A DNA stretch of 64,000 nt from a phage. The notes beneath the pieces are model-generated. The model worked only from the letters and a program-made list of their open reading frames with translations. It searched no databases and was not told the DNA's origin. The first letter of the stretch is position 1. Every line of letters begins with the position of its first letter. The stretch lies in the sequence record PZ386970.1; one strand, written 5' to 3'. The translations under genes and the position numbers were made by a program. Shown piece after piece: positions 46,890 through 57,018 of this stretch.

Positions 46890-46918
46890 ATAGTATCACA
46901 TCTAGGGAAGAAGTAAAC
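46890..46918 (-). promoter_or_regulatory. Early promoter, PeSL-like
   Basis: Plus-strand gataagtcTATAGTATCAC…GTAAAC; precedes ORF 46556..46861. Confidence 0.65.
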
Positions 46919-46949
46919 AACTTTTTTAGTAAGTTATAGACCCCCTAAT

Positions 46950-46965
46950 GGGGACCGAAGTCCCC
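46950..46965 (-). terminator. UUCG-tetraloop hairpin downstream of the IP-like late gene
   Basis: Minus RNA GGGGAC-UUCG-GUCCCC; context gaccccctaaNggggaccgaag repeated at 29271-29300. Confidence 0.5.
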
Positions 46966-46970
46966 ATTCT

Positions 46971-47597
46971 TTACTTACGAGTTTTTGCATACTGAGCAGC
47001 GTCAGCAGCCAAACGACCTGCTTGTCGAAGTTTTTCTTTAATCTCATCATGAAGTGGTTGAGTATACTTCAAACCTTCGATAGTCAAATAAAGACGATAA
47101 AGGTCTGGGGTATCAAGGTTGTTGATATGTTGACCATTACGAAGAATATTGAATTCACGAACGAGTGAAGATGTATCAGATTCAATATCACGAACAAGCG
47201 AAGATAGTTGTTTATATTTTTTTTCCAGGCTAGAAGTATCAAACTTAAGAGCAGGAGCTTTAGGAGTTGCTTTTACTTCCGGCTTAGGCTCAGGTTTTGC
47301 TACTGCTTTAGGGGTCGCAGGTTTAGGAATGGTAGGAGCAGGTTTTACTTTAGGCGAACCAGACTTAGCAGAAACACCACCACTAACAATATCTTTGAAT
47401 GCTTTAGAAGCTCTATAATATTCTTTTTGGCTTGAAGTGTCGATACCGTACATGGCTTGAACGTTTTTGAAAAACTCTGTACTAGTTTTTGTACCAGAAA
47501 TAGCATCGTAAGCAGCTTGCCATTTCTCTTTTGTCATACGTACACCGGCTTCGGTGATTACTTCCGTTTCGGCTAAAAATTCATTAAAAGTATACAT
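46971..47597 (-). CDS. Internal-protein-like late protein with divergent capsid-targeting N-terminus and Pro/Lys/Ala-rich linker
   Basis: 208 aa; N-terminus MYTFNEFLAETE (variant of the MKTYQEFIAE targeting sequence); PKVKPAPTIPKPATPKAVAKPEPKPEVKATPK low-complexity linker; TATAAATA late promoter upstream. Confidence 0.7.
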   Translation of the reverse strand: MYTFNEFLAETEVITEAGVRMTKEKWQAAYDAISGTKTSTEFFKNVQAMYGIDTSSQKEYYRASKAFKDIVSGGVSAKSGSPKVKPAPTIPKPATPKAVAKPEPKPEVKATPKAPALKFDTSSLEKKYKQLSSLVRDIESDTSSLVREFNILRNGQHINNLDTPDLYRLYLTIEGLKYTQPLHDEIKEKLRQAGRLAADAAQYAKTRK

Positions 47598-47632
47598 TGA
47601 TGGTCCTTAGAAGGTAGGTTTATTGTTTACTA

Positions 47633-47640
47633 TATTTATA
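47633..47640 (-). promoter_or_regulatory. T4-type late promoter for the IP-like gene 46971..47597
   Basis: Minus-strand TATAAATA ~36 nt upstream of the ATG. Confidence 0.75.
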
Positions 47641-47641
47641 C

Positions 47642-47670
47642 AAAAAAGCCCCAACCTTTCGGAAGGGGCT
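47642..47670 (-). terminator. Rho-independent terminator (minus strand) at the end of the tRNA/small-RNA region
   Basis: Minus RNA AGCCCCUUCC-GAAA-GGUUGGGGCUUUUUU. Confidence 0.7.
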
Positions 47671-47689
47671 ATGCCTTGCGGCAACCTTG

Positions 47690-47980
47690 TCGGGGTTCCA
47701 CCTGCTAAGGCAAGTGTTTGTACGAAACGCCGGGATTTGAACCCGGTTATTAAGTAGTTGACGCTACTCAATATTTTTAAAAGGCCATATCTCGACCATA
47801 TCCGAACGTTCCGTCAAAAACGCTACTCGGCTTACGGCAAAGATATTTCCTCGAATCGATAATTCTGTGCGCCGTTTCTGCTGTGATGTAAGGGGATATT
47901 AACAAATCATAAAGATTTATTAAGACCAGTCCTTACTCAGGGAACATCAGTCCGACGACTTGCCGGTAGCGACCCGGCTT
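47690..47980 (-). ncRNA. ORF-free region adjacent to the tRNA genes; candidate small stable RNA(s) or degenerate tRNA
   Basis: ~290 bp with no ORF >=60 aa; minus strand contains a canonical T-arm-like CCGGG-TTCAAAT-CCCGG and a possible 7-bp acceptor pairing (CGGAACG/CGTTTCG) ~95 nt apart, but no clean cloverleaf. Confidence 0.3.
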
Positions 47981-47981
47981 C

Positions 47982-48326
47982 TTATTTTGGCATATCATCA
48001 ATTTGTTCTCGACGCCTACGCCATAGATTAATCGCTTCATTGACACATTCTGCGTTTGGTATATGACGGCAATAATATAATGATTCGCGTTTCTGGAACC
48101 GATGTTGCAACGGGATTTCGTTTAAAAGGTCTTTACGGTCAAAGTATTCAAAACTAGTTAACCCGGAACGGTTTTTAAGAAACTTCCAATGTCCGAATTC
48201 ATTTTGAAAATAAACATAATCAGCATGCTGATACAGCGAATTAATTAACCTATCGGAAATAACTGTTTCACGTTCGTTAAAATAAAACGTTAAATCATGA
48301 ACTACCAGATAAACATTGCCTTTCAT
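47982..48326 (-). CDS. Hypothetical protein downstream of the tRNA genes (start at MKGNVYLVVHD)
   Basis: ORF-track frame 47982..48374 trimmed because its first 16 codons overlap the tRNA-Arg gene; GAGGAAAAT RBS before the internal ATG. Confidence 0.5.
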   Translation of the reverse strand: MKGNVYLVVHDLTFYFNERETVISDRLINSLYQHADYVYFQNEFGHWKFLKNRSGLTSFEYFDRKDLLNEIPLQHRFQKRESLYYCRHIPNAECVNEAINLWRRRREQIDDMPK

Positions 48327-48344
48327 ATTTTCCTCACTTGAAGT

Positions 48345-48421
<77 letters not shown>

Positions 48422-48425
48422 GATT

Positions 48426-48500
48426 GGTGACCCTGGCTGGTTTCGATCCAGCTACCTATCAGTTATGAGCTGACAGCTCTCCCATTGAGCTACAGGGCCT
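48426..48500 (-). tRNA. tRNA with CAU anticodon (Met, or Ile if lysidine-modified as in T4 tRNA-Ile)
   Basis: Manual cloverleaf: acceptor GGCCCTG/CAGGGTC, D-arm GCTC-AATGGGA-GAGC, anticodon stem GTCAG/CTGAT with loop CTCATAA, T-arm GCTGG-ATCGAAA-CCAGC, 3' ACCA. Confidence 0.8.
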
Positions 48501-48578
48501 TAATAACTTTCTATTATGAAAGGCACTTTAGAGCACCTTTGGTAATAGAGGGTATGAATTAATAATAACACATAATTC

Positions 48579-49103
48579 TTAAAGCAAATCAATCATTTTA
48601 ACAGTTGGCAAAACAATTTCTTCTTCAATATAAGCAAATTCAACACGTTCAACTACACGCAAGAAATCGTAATCATAGTATTCAGAAGCATAGCCAAGAA
48701 TATCAATAAGTCCTTGAGATATCTCATCGCCTTTAACAAAGAACAGGTCGAATACGCGGGCTTCGTCTTCTTCAGATTTATCACCAAGGTCTACTTCGAT
48801 GCCAAAGACCTTTTTAATAAATTCCGGTTGGAGTTGGTCTGAGAACAGTCCTTCAACCAAGTATTCATAGATTAAAAGCGAGCAATCACTGAATGGCGTA
48901 TTGCCACAGTAACGTTCAGCTTTAGTGCTGGAATGACGGCTCTTAAATTTCTTCAAGAGGTATTTGAACTGTTGGAGCTCATGCTCTTCCACTTCAAACA
49001 ATGTTTTGGTTTTATAGTTGTCGCCGTCATTTTCATAGGTAGTGACATCAATTACGTAACCCTTAGGAATTGTACTGCCTAAACAAATATTCATTTTACT
49101 CAC
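48579..49103 (-). CDS. Hypothetical protein
   Basis: 174 aa ORF. Confidence 0.55.
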   Translation of the reverse strand: MSKMNICLGSTIPKGYVIDVTTYENDGDNYKTKTLFEVEEHELQQFKYLLKKFKSRHSSTKAERYCGNTPFSDCSLLIYEYLVEGLFSDQLQPEFIKKVFGIEVDLGDKSEEDEARVFDLFFVKGDEISQGLIDILGYASEYYDYDFLRVVERVEFAYIEEEIVLPTVKMIDLL

Positions 49104-49390
49104 CGTACCATATTAATGTAATTATATTCAATGCAACGTAATTTCAAAGGGTTCTTGAAAATATCATATTCAAGAGGGCCTTTTTCTGTTTCGATAAAGA
49201 AATCAAAGTTCACACTATTAAATTTGCGGTCTTCCCAAAGTAATTTAACCTGTGAAGATGAACGGTCGATATAAACTTTTTCAACTTCAAAGTTGGTCAA
49301 AATACCATAGTCATCAACTAGTGCTTTAGCTGCACGTTGGTCGCTTTCATATCCATTCTCAACGGATTTTACCTTAGCATAAAGAATCAT
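49100..49390 (-). CDS. Hypothetical protein
   Basis: 96 aa ORF, overlaps the upstream stop. Confidence 0.5.
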   Translation of the reverse strand: MILYAKVKSVENGYESDQRAAKALVDDYGILTNFEVEKVYIDRSSSQVKLLWEDRKFNSVNFDFFIETEKGPLEYDIFKNPLKLRCIEYNYINMVR

Positions 49391-49767
49391 GAATGTTCCA
49401 CCACTTCAAAGGTATGAGCATCAACAATATGATACCAGTCAAAATTTTCTTCTGCGTTTTTATAAATTTCGCGAAGAGCCTCAACAGTTTTACCTTTAGC
49501 GTAAAGGTCGTCGATACCACCATAAGGATAACAGTCATAACCAGCAAACAGAAGGAAATTAATAGTTTCTGTAGGGGCTGGATGCAGAACGCCGTTATCA
49601 TCTACTACTTCAAAGAATGTGTAAGAAGGAGTACAAGTTTTAATCCAAGCCCATGCTTGAGCCGCTGAATCAAATGGTCTGCGTATCAAACGACAATCAG
49701 GGTCTTTAGAAGGATTTGCTTCAAAATCCGCATATACATGATATTTCATTTTACTCATCTTTTGCAA
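49387..49767 (-). CDS. Hypothetical protein
   Basis: 126 aa ORF. Confidence 0.55.
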   Translation of the reverse strand: MQKMSKMKYHVYADFEANPSKDPDCRLIRRPFDSAAQAWAWIKTCTPSYTFFEVVDDNGVLHPAPTETINFLLFAGYDCYPYGGIDDLYAKGKTVEALREIYKNAEENFDWYHIVDAHTFEVVEHS

Positions 49768-49936
49768 TTTTATCCATAACGATAGCGATTAAGCCGATTA
49801 GAAATGCTACTACCAATGAGATAGAATTTTCTGTTGTTGTCAGTAGTCCACAAATGAATCCTACAAACATCGAAAAACTAAAAGCCATTGAAGCAATTAC
49901 TACAGCAACATTACGAATCAGTTCAGCACGTTTCAT
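49751..49936 (-). CDS. Hypothetical small membrane protein
   Basis: 61 aa; two hydrophobic helices; upstream promoter element. Confidence 0.45.
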   Translation of the reverse strand: MKRAELIRNVAVVIASMAFSFSMFVGFICGLLTTTENSISLVVAFLIGLIAIVMDKIAKDE

Positions 49937-49964
49937 TTTATTCTCCTCAGTAGTTGATAGGGTA

Positions 49965-49994
49965 ATAGTATCACTACCCTATCTAAAAGTAAAC
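49965..49994 (-). promoter_or_regulatory. Early promoter with stem-loop (PeSL-like)
   Basis: Plus-strand GATAGGGTAATAGTATCACTACCCTATC (9-bp inverted repeat) then GTAAAC; precedes ORF 49751..49936. Confidence 0.7.
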
Positions 49995-50005
49995 GGTTTT
50001 ATAAA

Positions 50006-50314
50006 CTATTTTATTCCGCGTGATGCAATCGTATTCTGCCGTTTAACGCCAGTTTGTTTAAAGTTATGATTGTCGAGTTGATCGGTACGAGCAACTCCGA
50101 ATGATGATTTAATCTTAGCTTTAGATCCTTTAGTTATAGAAATAAACATCTCGGGAGCCCCTTTCTTAAAGTCCGAAGCAATTACTTCAACACCGTTCTT
50201 AGCAAGTGACCTCAGAATTGCTTCCGCATACTCATCATCAAGACCCGCTTGAGTATGAATAACGAATGTCTTTGGTGCAGCTGCTTCACAGATAAATTCT
50301 TTAAATGTTTTCAT
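50006..50314 (-). CDS. Head internal protein (IPI position) with capsid-targeting sequence
   Basis: 102 aa; N-terminus MKTFKEFICEAA; adjacent to 57B as ipI is in T4. Confidence 0.75.
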   Translation of the reverse strand: MKTFKEFICEAAAPKTFVIHTQAGLDDEYAEAILRSLAKNGVEVIASDFKKGAPEMFISITKGSKAKIKSSFGVARTDQLDNHNFKQTGVKRQNTIASRGIK

Positions 50315-50344
50315 TTTATTTTCCTAATTAATTTTGATAGGACT

Positions 50345-50374
50345 ACTATAACATAGTCCTATCAGCATGTAAAC
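50345..50374 (-). promoter_or_regulatory. Early promoter with stem-loop (PeSL-like) upstream of the IPI-like gene
   Basis: Plus-strand ATAGGACTACTATAACATAGTCCTAT then GTAAAC. Confidence 0.7.
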
Positions 50375-50386
50375 TGTTTTGTGAAA

Positions 50387-51072
<686 letters not shown>

Positions 51073-51076
51073 TTTA

Positions 51077-51811
51077 TTACCTTAAGATTGTTTCAATTTT
51101 AGAATAAAGCTCTTCTAAAGAGCCGTCGTTTGTAATAACTAAATCGCCTTCTTCAATAGGCAACCCAGCTTCTGTAATATGTTTATCAACGGATTCCGTA
51201 CCAGAGCGAACCACATGAATAACTGTAGCACCCATCGCTCTAGCGGTTTCCATTTCATGGACTTGACGTGTATCGGTTACAACATAGTAATCGAAATCAC
51301 TTCCAATATAATCCATATAGTTTAATGCAAAAAGTTTAACCCAATACATACGGTCAAATAAATTAACGACAACATCCGTACCGAGGGCTTGCATAAGACG
51401 GCGGATTGACCATGTGTCGTTGATATTATTTATAGCTTCACGCAGGGCTTCATATGGTTTAATATCTAGATACGAATATCCACCTTCTAACGATGATAAT
51501 ACTTTAACATTATTAATTAGTAAATATTGACTTTGTAAATAAATTAGTGCTTCTTCCATTAATTCAATAACATCCAACTTATTGATATTTAATGGCGTTT
51601 CACGGTCGTATCCAACACCTTCAAAGTATTCATATTTCAACTCGGTGAATACATCAGGGTTTTCAACATGTTTACGTCCCCAGGCTATTGCTAGAGCGTC
51701 TTTAATCGGATATGCTAATTGATATTTTACAGATTTAAAGTTTGAATTGATGTAATCAGCAGTAGTGTCTTTACCACTACGTTTGATGCCACTTAAAAAG
51801 ATTAGCTCCAT
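51077..51811 (-). CDS. 1: Deoxynucleoside monophosphate kinase gp1
   Basis: 244 aa; P-loop SGIKRSGKDT; T4 gene 1 position. Confidence 0.92.
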   Translation of the reverse strand: MELIFLSGIKRSGKDTTADYINSNFKSVKYQLAYPIKDALAIAWGRKHVENPDVFTELKYEYFEGVGYDRETPLNINKLDVIELMEEALIYLQSQYLLINNVKVLSSLEGGYSYLDIKPYEALREAINNINDTWSIRRLMQALGTDVVVNLFDRMYWVKLFALNYMDYIGSDFDYYVVTDTRQVHEMETARAMGATVIHVVRSGTESVDKHITEAGLPIEEGDLVITNDGSLEELYSKIETILR

Positions 51812-51864
51812 AGGTTTTCCTCATATAATTTATGAGTGATTATAACATACGGAGCTAGAAGCGA

Positions 51865-52449
51865 TTAACGCAAGGAAGGGTGTCTAGAAATGGATTTAGA
51901 TTCGACCGCTTGACGTGGTTGTTGAGATACAATGACTTCACCATCTTTTTCTATCGTCATATACGCGTAGTGAATAGTTGCTACGCACGTAACGGCAGGG
52001 TCAGAATCTTCAGTGTAACTAAATTCAATTTCGCTCAGATCGGAAATCCATGGTTTATAGAAATTTGCCGTCAAAACTACTTCGGTCTTATTGTTGTTTA
52101 AAATGTGCAAAGTAACAAACTCAGGACCATCGGCATGGGCTGTATTATGACCTGTTATATAGTTATTAGTGCTGAGCATCCATTTATACATGTTCATCCA
52201 GGACGTCATGTCTTCATCAACTATAAATCGTACAATAAAAGGATCATATTCAAATGTAGTGCCTGCGCGCATTGCACGCCCTAGCCCCATTGTGCCTGTC
52301 ACGGTTTCAACAACAGGAATTCTCACACCTGGCAGTGGAGCCGTTTGGGCATTGAGCACAAAACCTGAAGTTCTTGTACTATCTGGGATATCCACAACAA
52401 AGTTTGTTATATTTGTTTGGTTAAAAATCTGTCTCGTTGGACGAGTCAT
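51865..52449 (-). CDS. 3: Tail tube terminator/sheath stabiliser gp3
   Basis: ORF 51865..52455 in the T4 gene 3 position between genes 1 and 2; start among first three codons. Confidence 0.8.
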   Translation of the reverse strand: MTRPTRQIFNQTNITNFVVDIPDSTRTSGFVLNAQTAPLPGVRIPVVETVTGTMGLGRAMRAGTTFEYDPFIVRFIVDEDMTSWMNMYKWMLSTNNYITGHNTAHADGPEFVTLHILNNNKTEVVLTANFYKPWISDLSEIEFSYTEDSDPAVTCVATIHYAYMTIEKDGEVIVSQQPRQAVESKSISRHPSLR

Positions 52450-52551
52450 AAGCACCTCAAAAACGCTTTAATAAAAATGCAGTATAATGGTTTTAGGTCT
52501 CTTCCATTAATCCGGTTCAACAGAATATCAGAAGAACGGAAGAGAATAGAA

Positions 52552-53373
52552 TTAAGATTTCCAAACAGTATTCGCAGAGAAACGTTTTCCTTTTGACATA
52601 AACTGCTGAGTAGGTAACATGATTATGTTAGCCCAGTCTTTAGGAGCTATTTCTGTTATTGTTCCTTTAATGTGGCCTGGCAGGTATGCTTTAATCATTT
52701 TGTCAGCACCTTGAAATCCTTTCACCTTGCTCCAGTCTATCTTCAACTTTGTGTTATTAGTAATAGTAGTTGTGCTAGCATATTGCTTCAGCAATTCTTC
52801 AAGAAACTGTTGACGTGCTTTAGGCGGGATATAGTGCAAGTTTAACCCATACATCAAATTATGTTTACCTAATCCTAAATAAATAATCAAAGGATATCGG
52901 TCCCAATACGGCAGAGTATCTTTATGTTTAGCATCATACACGTAAGTATAAATTTTGCCCGGCGTAGGCTTGACTACTTTATGACCTTTTACACTTTTCT
53001 TAATTGTTTCAGCAAACCACTTAGATGATTTGTTGTTTACTGCTGCGCCTTCATTTCTAATCTTTTCTCGTATTGAACTGCGAAACGAGTTTATCATCAG
53101 AAGTTGACGTTCTTGCTTATTGAGTTTATTTTTAGGTTTAGATTCAAGCGTTTCAATTTTCTGTTCAGTTTTAATAGCCGATGCATATTTAGACATTGCA
53201 GATGTAAACGTCGAGTATTTTATTCCTTTTGATTCTGCAAATGCTTTTGCAGTGATTCCTTTCTCTTTAGCTTTCTTGTACTCTAATCCTACCTTAATCC
53301 ATTTTCTTTCGTTAATAGACCTTGCGATCTTAACGACTTGTACCCCTTCAGATATAACTTGGAATATGCTCAT
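52552..53373 (-). CDS. 2: DNA end-protector protein gp2
   Basis: 273 aa (T4 gp2 ~274 aa); position between genes 3 and 4. Confidence 0.88.
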   Translation of the reverse strand: MSIFQVISEGVQVVKIARSINERKWIKVGLEYKKAKEKGITAKAFAESKGIKYSTFTSAMSKYASAIKTEQKIETLESKPKNKLNKQERQLLMINSFRSSIREKIRNEGAAVNNKSSKWFAETIKKSVKGHKVVKPTPGKIYTYVYDAKHKDTLPYWDRYPLIIYLGLGKHNLMYGLNLHYIPPKARQQFLEELLKQYASTTTITNNTKLKIDWSKVKGFQGADKMIKAYLPGHIKGTITEIAPKDWANIIMLPTQQFMSKGKRFSANTVWKS

Positions 53374-53375
53374 AA

Positions 53376-53825
53376 TTACCCCTTGTATCCGAGTTTTCTA
53401 AGTCCGTCTTCGGTTAGAACTCGAAATTTTATATTTCTCTTTTCAGCAACAGCTGAGGCAGCTTTCCATTTGTCACAGTTCACAGACCAGGTATATATTT
53501 CATTCATATAACGTTTCTTTGCTGCGGTCGTAAGATTTGTGGGCTTAATAGGTGGCTGAGTTTCTTTCTTTGGTTTTATTTCTACAAAAAACTCTTGACC
53601 TGATGCATCTTTCATCCATATGTCCATATAGTATCGACGTTTCTTACCTTCAGCATTACAAAAATATGGAATTACTGCTGTTTCACTACCCCATGCAATA
53701 ATTTCTGGATTTTTATCCAACCATTCGAAAAAGAATTTTTCCCAGTTTGAACGATACGTTATTTTGGTATGGTCTCCACGGTATTTTTTTAAATTTTTTG
53801 GGACCCATTTACCAGAGTAGGCCAT
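53376..53825 (-). CDS. 4: Head completion protein gp4 (start at [11 protein letters not shown])
   Basis: ORF-track frame 53376..53969 trimmed to ~150 aa; a minus-strand TATAAATA late promoter lies just upstream (53853-53860). Confidence 0.8.
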   Translation of the reverse strand: MAYSGKWVPKNLKKYRGDHTKITYRSNWEKFFFEWLDKNPEIIAWGSETAVIPYFCNAEGKKRRYYMDIWMKDASGQEFFVEIKPKKETQPPIKPTNLTTAAKKRYMNEIYTWSVNCDKWKAASAVAEKRNIKFRVLTEDGLRKLGYKG

Positions 53826-53836
53826 GTTGTCCTCCT

Positions 53837-53844
53837 TATAAATA
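53837..53844 (+). promoter_or_regulatory. T4-type late promoter (TATAAATA) for gene 53
   Basis: Exact TATAAATA ~43 nt upstream of the gene 53 ATG. Confidence 0.8.
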
Positions 53845-53852
53845 GTATTATT

Positions 53853-53860
53853 ATTTATAC
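53853..53860 (-). promoter_or_regulatory. T4-type late promoter (TATAAATA on minus strand) for gene 4, divergent from the gene 53 promoter
   Basis: Plus-strand TATTTATA = minus-strand TATAAATA, ~28 nt upstream of the proposed gene 4 start. Confidence 0.75.
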
Positions 53861-53886
53861 CAATTTCATATTGGAAGGAGACTATT

Positions 53887-54462
53887 TTGTTATTTACATT
53901 CTTCGACCCAATAGGATATAGTGCTAAAACAGTTGATAAGAATGCACCTACTATTCCTATGACAGACATATTTCGTAACTATAAAGAGTACTTTAAGCGT
54001 GTTGCTGCCAATTATAGATTACGTTCTTATTATATTAAAGGCTCTCCACGTCCTGAAGAACTAGCGAATATCATTTATGGCAACCCACAATTATACTGGG
54101 TTCTTTTGATGTGCAACGATAACTACGACCCGTATTATGGTTGGATTACATCTCAGGAAGCAGCGTATCAAGCTTCTATTCAGAAATATGCAAATGCTGG
54201 CGGAGATCAAATTCTTTACCATATTAACGAGAACCGTGAGAAATTTTACAATTTGGTTTCATATCCAGACGAGCCTTTAGTGTGGTATGATAAAGGTGAT
54301 GAAGCTCGTAAGTATCCGCAATATAAAGGACCTTTAGCTGCAGTAGATACTTATGAAGCGGCAGTATTAGATAATGAAAAACTTCGTAAAATAAAAATTG
54401 TTGCAAAAGAAGATATAAACTCGTTTATCACAGATTTGATTCGTGAGATGGAGATTGCATAA
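53887..54462 (+). CDS. 53: Baseplate wedge protein gp53
   Basis: 191 aa; first plus-strand late gene, preceded by TATAAATA; precedes gene 5. Confidence 0.88.
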   Translation: MLFTFFDPIGYSAKTVDKNAPTIPMTDIFRNYKEYFKRVAANYRLRSYYIKGSPRPEELANIIYGNPQLYWVLLMCNDNYDPYYGWITSQEAAYQASIQKYANAGGDQILYHINENREKFYNLVSYPDEPLVWYDKGDEARKYPQYKGPLAAVDTYEAAVLDNEKLRKIKIVAKEDINSFITDLIREMEIA

Positions 54463-56195
54463 TGGAAATGATTAGCAGTAGCCTTAATTGGTTCGTGGGT
54501 GTTGTCGAGGACAGAATGGACCCATTAAAACAAGGGCGAGTTCGAGTTCGAGTCGTTGGTCTTCATCCGGCACAGAGAGCACAAGGTGATGTACAAGGTA
54601 TTCCTACAGAAAAACTTCCATGGATGACTGTTATTCAACCTATTACGTCTGCATCAATGTCAGGTATTGGTGGTTCTGTTACAGGTCCTGTTGAAGGAAC
54701 TCGAGTATATGGTCATTTCTTAGACAAATGGAAAACAAACGGGATTGTACTTGGTACATACGGCGGAATCGTACGTGAAAAGCCTAATAGACTTGAAGGT
54801 TTTTCAGACCCGACAGGCCAGTATCCACGACGTTTAGGTAATGATACGAACGTATTAAACCAAGGTGGTGAAGCTGGTTATTATTCGAACTCTAACGTAA
54901 TTCAAGATAACAACTTAGATTATGGTATAAACCCAGACGATACAGATTTAGCAAATATTCCAGAAGATGACGACCCTAATTTTACAATAACAGAAATGTT
55001 ACGTCGTGACGAAGGTCTTCGTGATAAAGTGTATTGGGACCATCTCGGGTATCCTACAGTAGGTATTGGACACCTTATCGTAATGGAAAAGACCCGAGAT
55101 ATGTCTCGAATTAATAAATTGTTATCTGATCAAGTAGGGCGTGAAGTAACAGGAAATCCGGGAACTATTACATTAGAAGAAGCAACAGCGTTATTCGAGA
55201 AAGACCTTGCTAAGATGCAGAAAGACATTCGTTCTAATTCTAAAGTAGGTCCTGTTTATGCTAAAATGAACAGATCTCGTCAAATGGCATTAGAAAACAT
55301 GTGTTTCCAAATGGGTGTTGGTGGTGTAGCAAAATTCAATACTATGCTTAAAGCAATGGCCGAAGGCGATTGGAAAACTGCATACAAATCTGGACGCGAT
55401 TCATTATGGTTCCAACAGACTAAAGGACGTGCTTCACGCGTAACAACAATTATTTTAACTGGTAACATGGAATCATACGGTGTTCCTGTTAAAACACCAC
55501 CTTCACCAGGAGTTGGTGCCGATTTAGTTACTAGAAATACTGATTCAGAAGACCCGGCCGGTCCTCCTGTTCCATTAGATTCACGTATCCTTTTTAAAGA
55601 ACCGGAATCAAGTTATCGCGGTGAGTATCCATACGTTCATGCTATGGAAACAGAAAGTGGTCATATCCAAGAATTTGATGACACTCCAGGTAATGAACGT
55701 TATCGCTTAGTTCATCCAACAGGGTCATATGAGGAAGTTTCTCCATCTGGGCGTCGTACTCGTAAAACTGTAGAAGACCTTTTTGACATCACTAATGGTG
55801 ATGGGAACTTCTTGATTTCTGGTGATAAACTTGTTAACGTTGGTGCTAATGAAATATATTATAACATGGCAGACCGCCTCCATCAAATAGACGGCAATGA
55901 CACAATCTTTATTCGTGGTAACCAAACTAAAACTGTTGAAGGCGATGGAACTCTTTACGTTAAGGGCAATATCAAAATAGTTGTTGACGGAAATGCAGAT
56001 ATTCTTGTTAAAGGTGATGCTAAAACTCAGGTCGAAGGGAATCATGATTACACCGTCAACGGAAACGTTAAATGGACTGTTAATGGTAATGTTGATATGA
56101 CTGTTGCCGGGGATTGGGCAGAAACGATGTCTACAATGAGCTCAGTAGCTTCAGGACAATACACTGTTGACGGATCTCGTATTGATATTGGGTAA
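54462..56195 (+). CDS. 5: Baseplate hub/tail-associated lysozyme gp5 (cell-puncturing spike)
   Basis: 577 aa; central lysozyme domain (…TEMLRRDEGLRDKVYWDHLGYPTVGIGHL…) and C-terminal V-x-G repeat beta-helix. Confidence 0.95.
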   Translation: MEMISSSLNWFVGVVEDRMDPLKQGRVRVRVVGLHPAQRAQGDVQGIPTEKLPWMTVIQPITSASMSGIGGSVTGPVEGTRVYGHFLDKWKTNGIVLGTYGGIVREKPNRLEGFSDPTGQYPRRLGNDTNVLNQGGEAGYYSNSNVIQDNNLDYGINPDDTDLANIPEDDDPNFTITEMLRRDEGLRDKVYWDHLGYPTVGIGHLIVMEKTRDMSRINKLLSDQVGREVTGNPGTITLEEATALFEKDLAKMQKDIRSNSKVGPVYAKMNRSRQMALENMCFQMGVGGVAKFNTMLKAMAEGDWKTAYKSGRDSLWFQQTKGRASRVTTIILTGNMESYGVPVKTPPSPGVGADLVTRNTDSEDPAGPPVPLDSRILFKEPESSYRGEYPYVHAMETESGHIQEFDDTPGNERYRLVHPTGSYEEVSPSGRRTRKTVEDLFDITNGDGNFLISGDKLVNVGANEIYYNMADRLHQIDGNDTIFIRGNQTKTVEGDGTLYVKGNIKIVVDGNADILVKGDAKTQVEGNHDYTVNGNVKWTVNGNVDMTVAGDWAETMSTMSSVASGQYTVDGSRIDIG

Positions 56196-56198
56196 TAT

Positions 56199-56714
56199 AT
56201 GGCACAAATACTTCCTTTAAATACCGACTTAGGAGAAGACATGGAAGGGGCGTCTATTGACGTCCTTTTTACTCCACAGTTAGAAACAACCGAAACTTTA
56301 GTGTCAATAAATATAACAGATTATGAACCGACACAAGGCATTACGGTAGATGGTAATCATTTATATGGAACATATGAAAGTGTGTTTAGCTTTTCTTCGG
56401 ATGCATTGAAATACCGATTAAATGATGATTTTGAAACCGCATCTTCATGGGATGATTTACCGAAAGATGAATCCACACAGTTATATTTGTGGAGAGCTCC
56501 TCAGAATCTTCGTAAAGTGTTTAGTTATACGGTTGAAATGATTTATAACTACCAAGAAGAAAGTTCATCAGGCGGCACAAGAAGTGACTCTGGTACAGAA
56601 CCTCCACCGGCTCCAGTACAAAAAACTCTTACTAAGGTTTATACAAAAACTATAGTAGGAAATTGGAGCAAATGGGCACAACAATTACGAAACTATGTTT
56701 ATATGAGGCCATAA
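56199..56714 (+). CDS. Hypothetical protein (5.1 position)
   Basis: 171 aa ORF between gp5 and gp5.4. Confidence 0.6.
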   Translation: MAQILPLNTDLGEDMEGASIDVLFTPQLETTETLVSINITDYEPTQGITVDGNHLYGTYESVFSFSSDALKYRLNDDFETASSWDDLPKDESTQLYLWRAPQNLRKVFSYTVEMIYNYQEESSSGGTRSDSGTEPPPAPVQKTLTKVYTKTIVGNWSKWAQQLRNYVYMRP

Positions 56715-56716
56715 AA

Positions 56717-57010
56717 ATGTCTGGCTTAAGTTACGACCAGTGCGTTACAACAGGTCATGAAGCATGGCCTCCTACGGTAATTAACGCTTCTCAATCTAAA
56801 GTATTCACCGGTGGTATTCCTGTTCTTGTAGCAGGAGACCAAATAACACCTCATACAGAAATTAAAAAACCATACGAGACTCATGGAGGTGTTACTGAAC
56901 CTCGTACATCTAAAGTATACGTCACCGGTAAAAAGGCCGTTCAAATGGCTGACCCAATTTCATGCGGGGATACTGTTTCTCAGGCCTCGTCAAAAGTCTT
57001 TATAAAATAG
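56717..57010 (+). CDS. 5.4: Spike-tip PAAR-repeat-like protein gp5.4
   Basis: From [21 protein letters not shown]…, 97 aa (T4 gp5.4 length); immediately upstream of gene 6. Confidence 0.8.
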   Translation: MSGLSYDQCVTTGHEAWPPTVINASQSKVFTGGIPVLVAGDQITPHTEIKKPYETHGGVTEPRTSKVYVTGKKAVQMADPISCGDTVSQASSKVFIK

Positions 57011-57018
57011 GAATTAAA

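Noticed and set aside
49374-49601. 75-aa hydrophobic ORF overlapping ORF 49387-49767
   Set aside because: Almost entirely contained within the 126-aa ORF in another frame.
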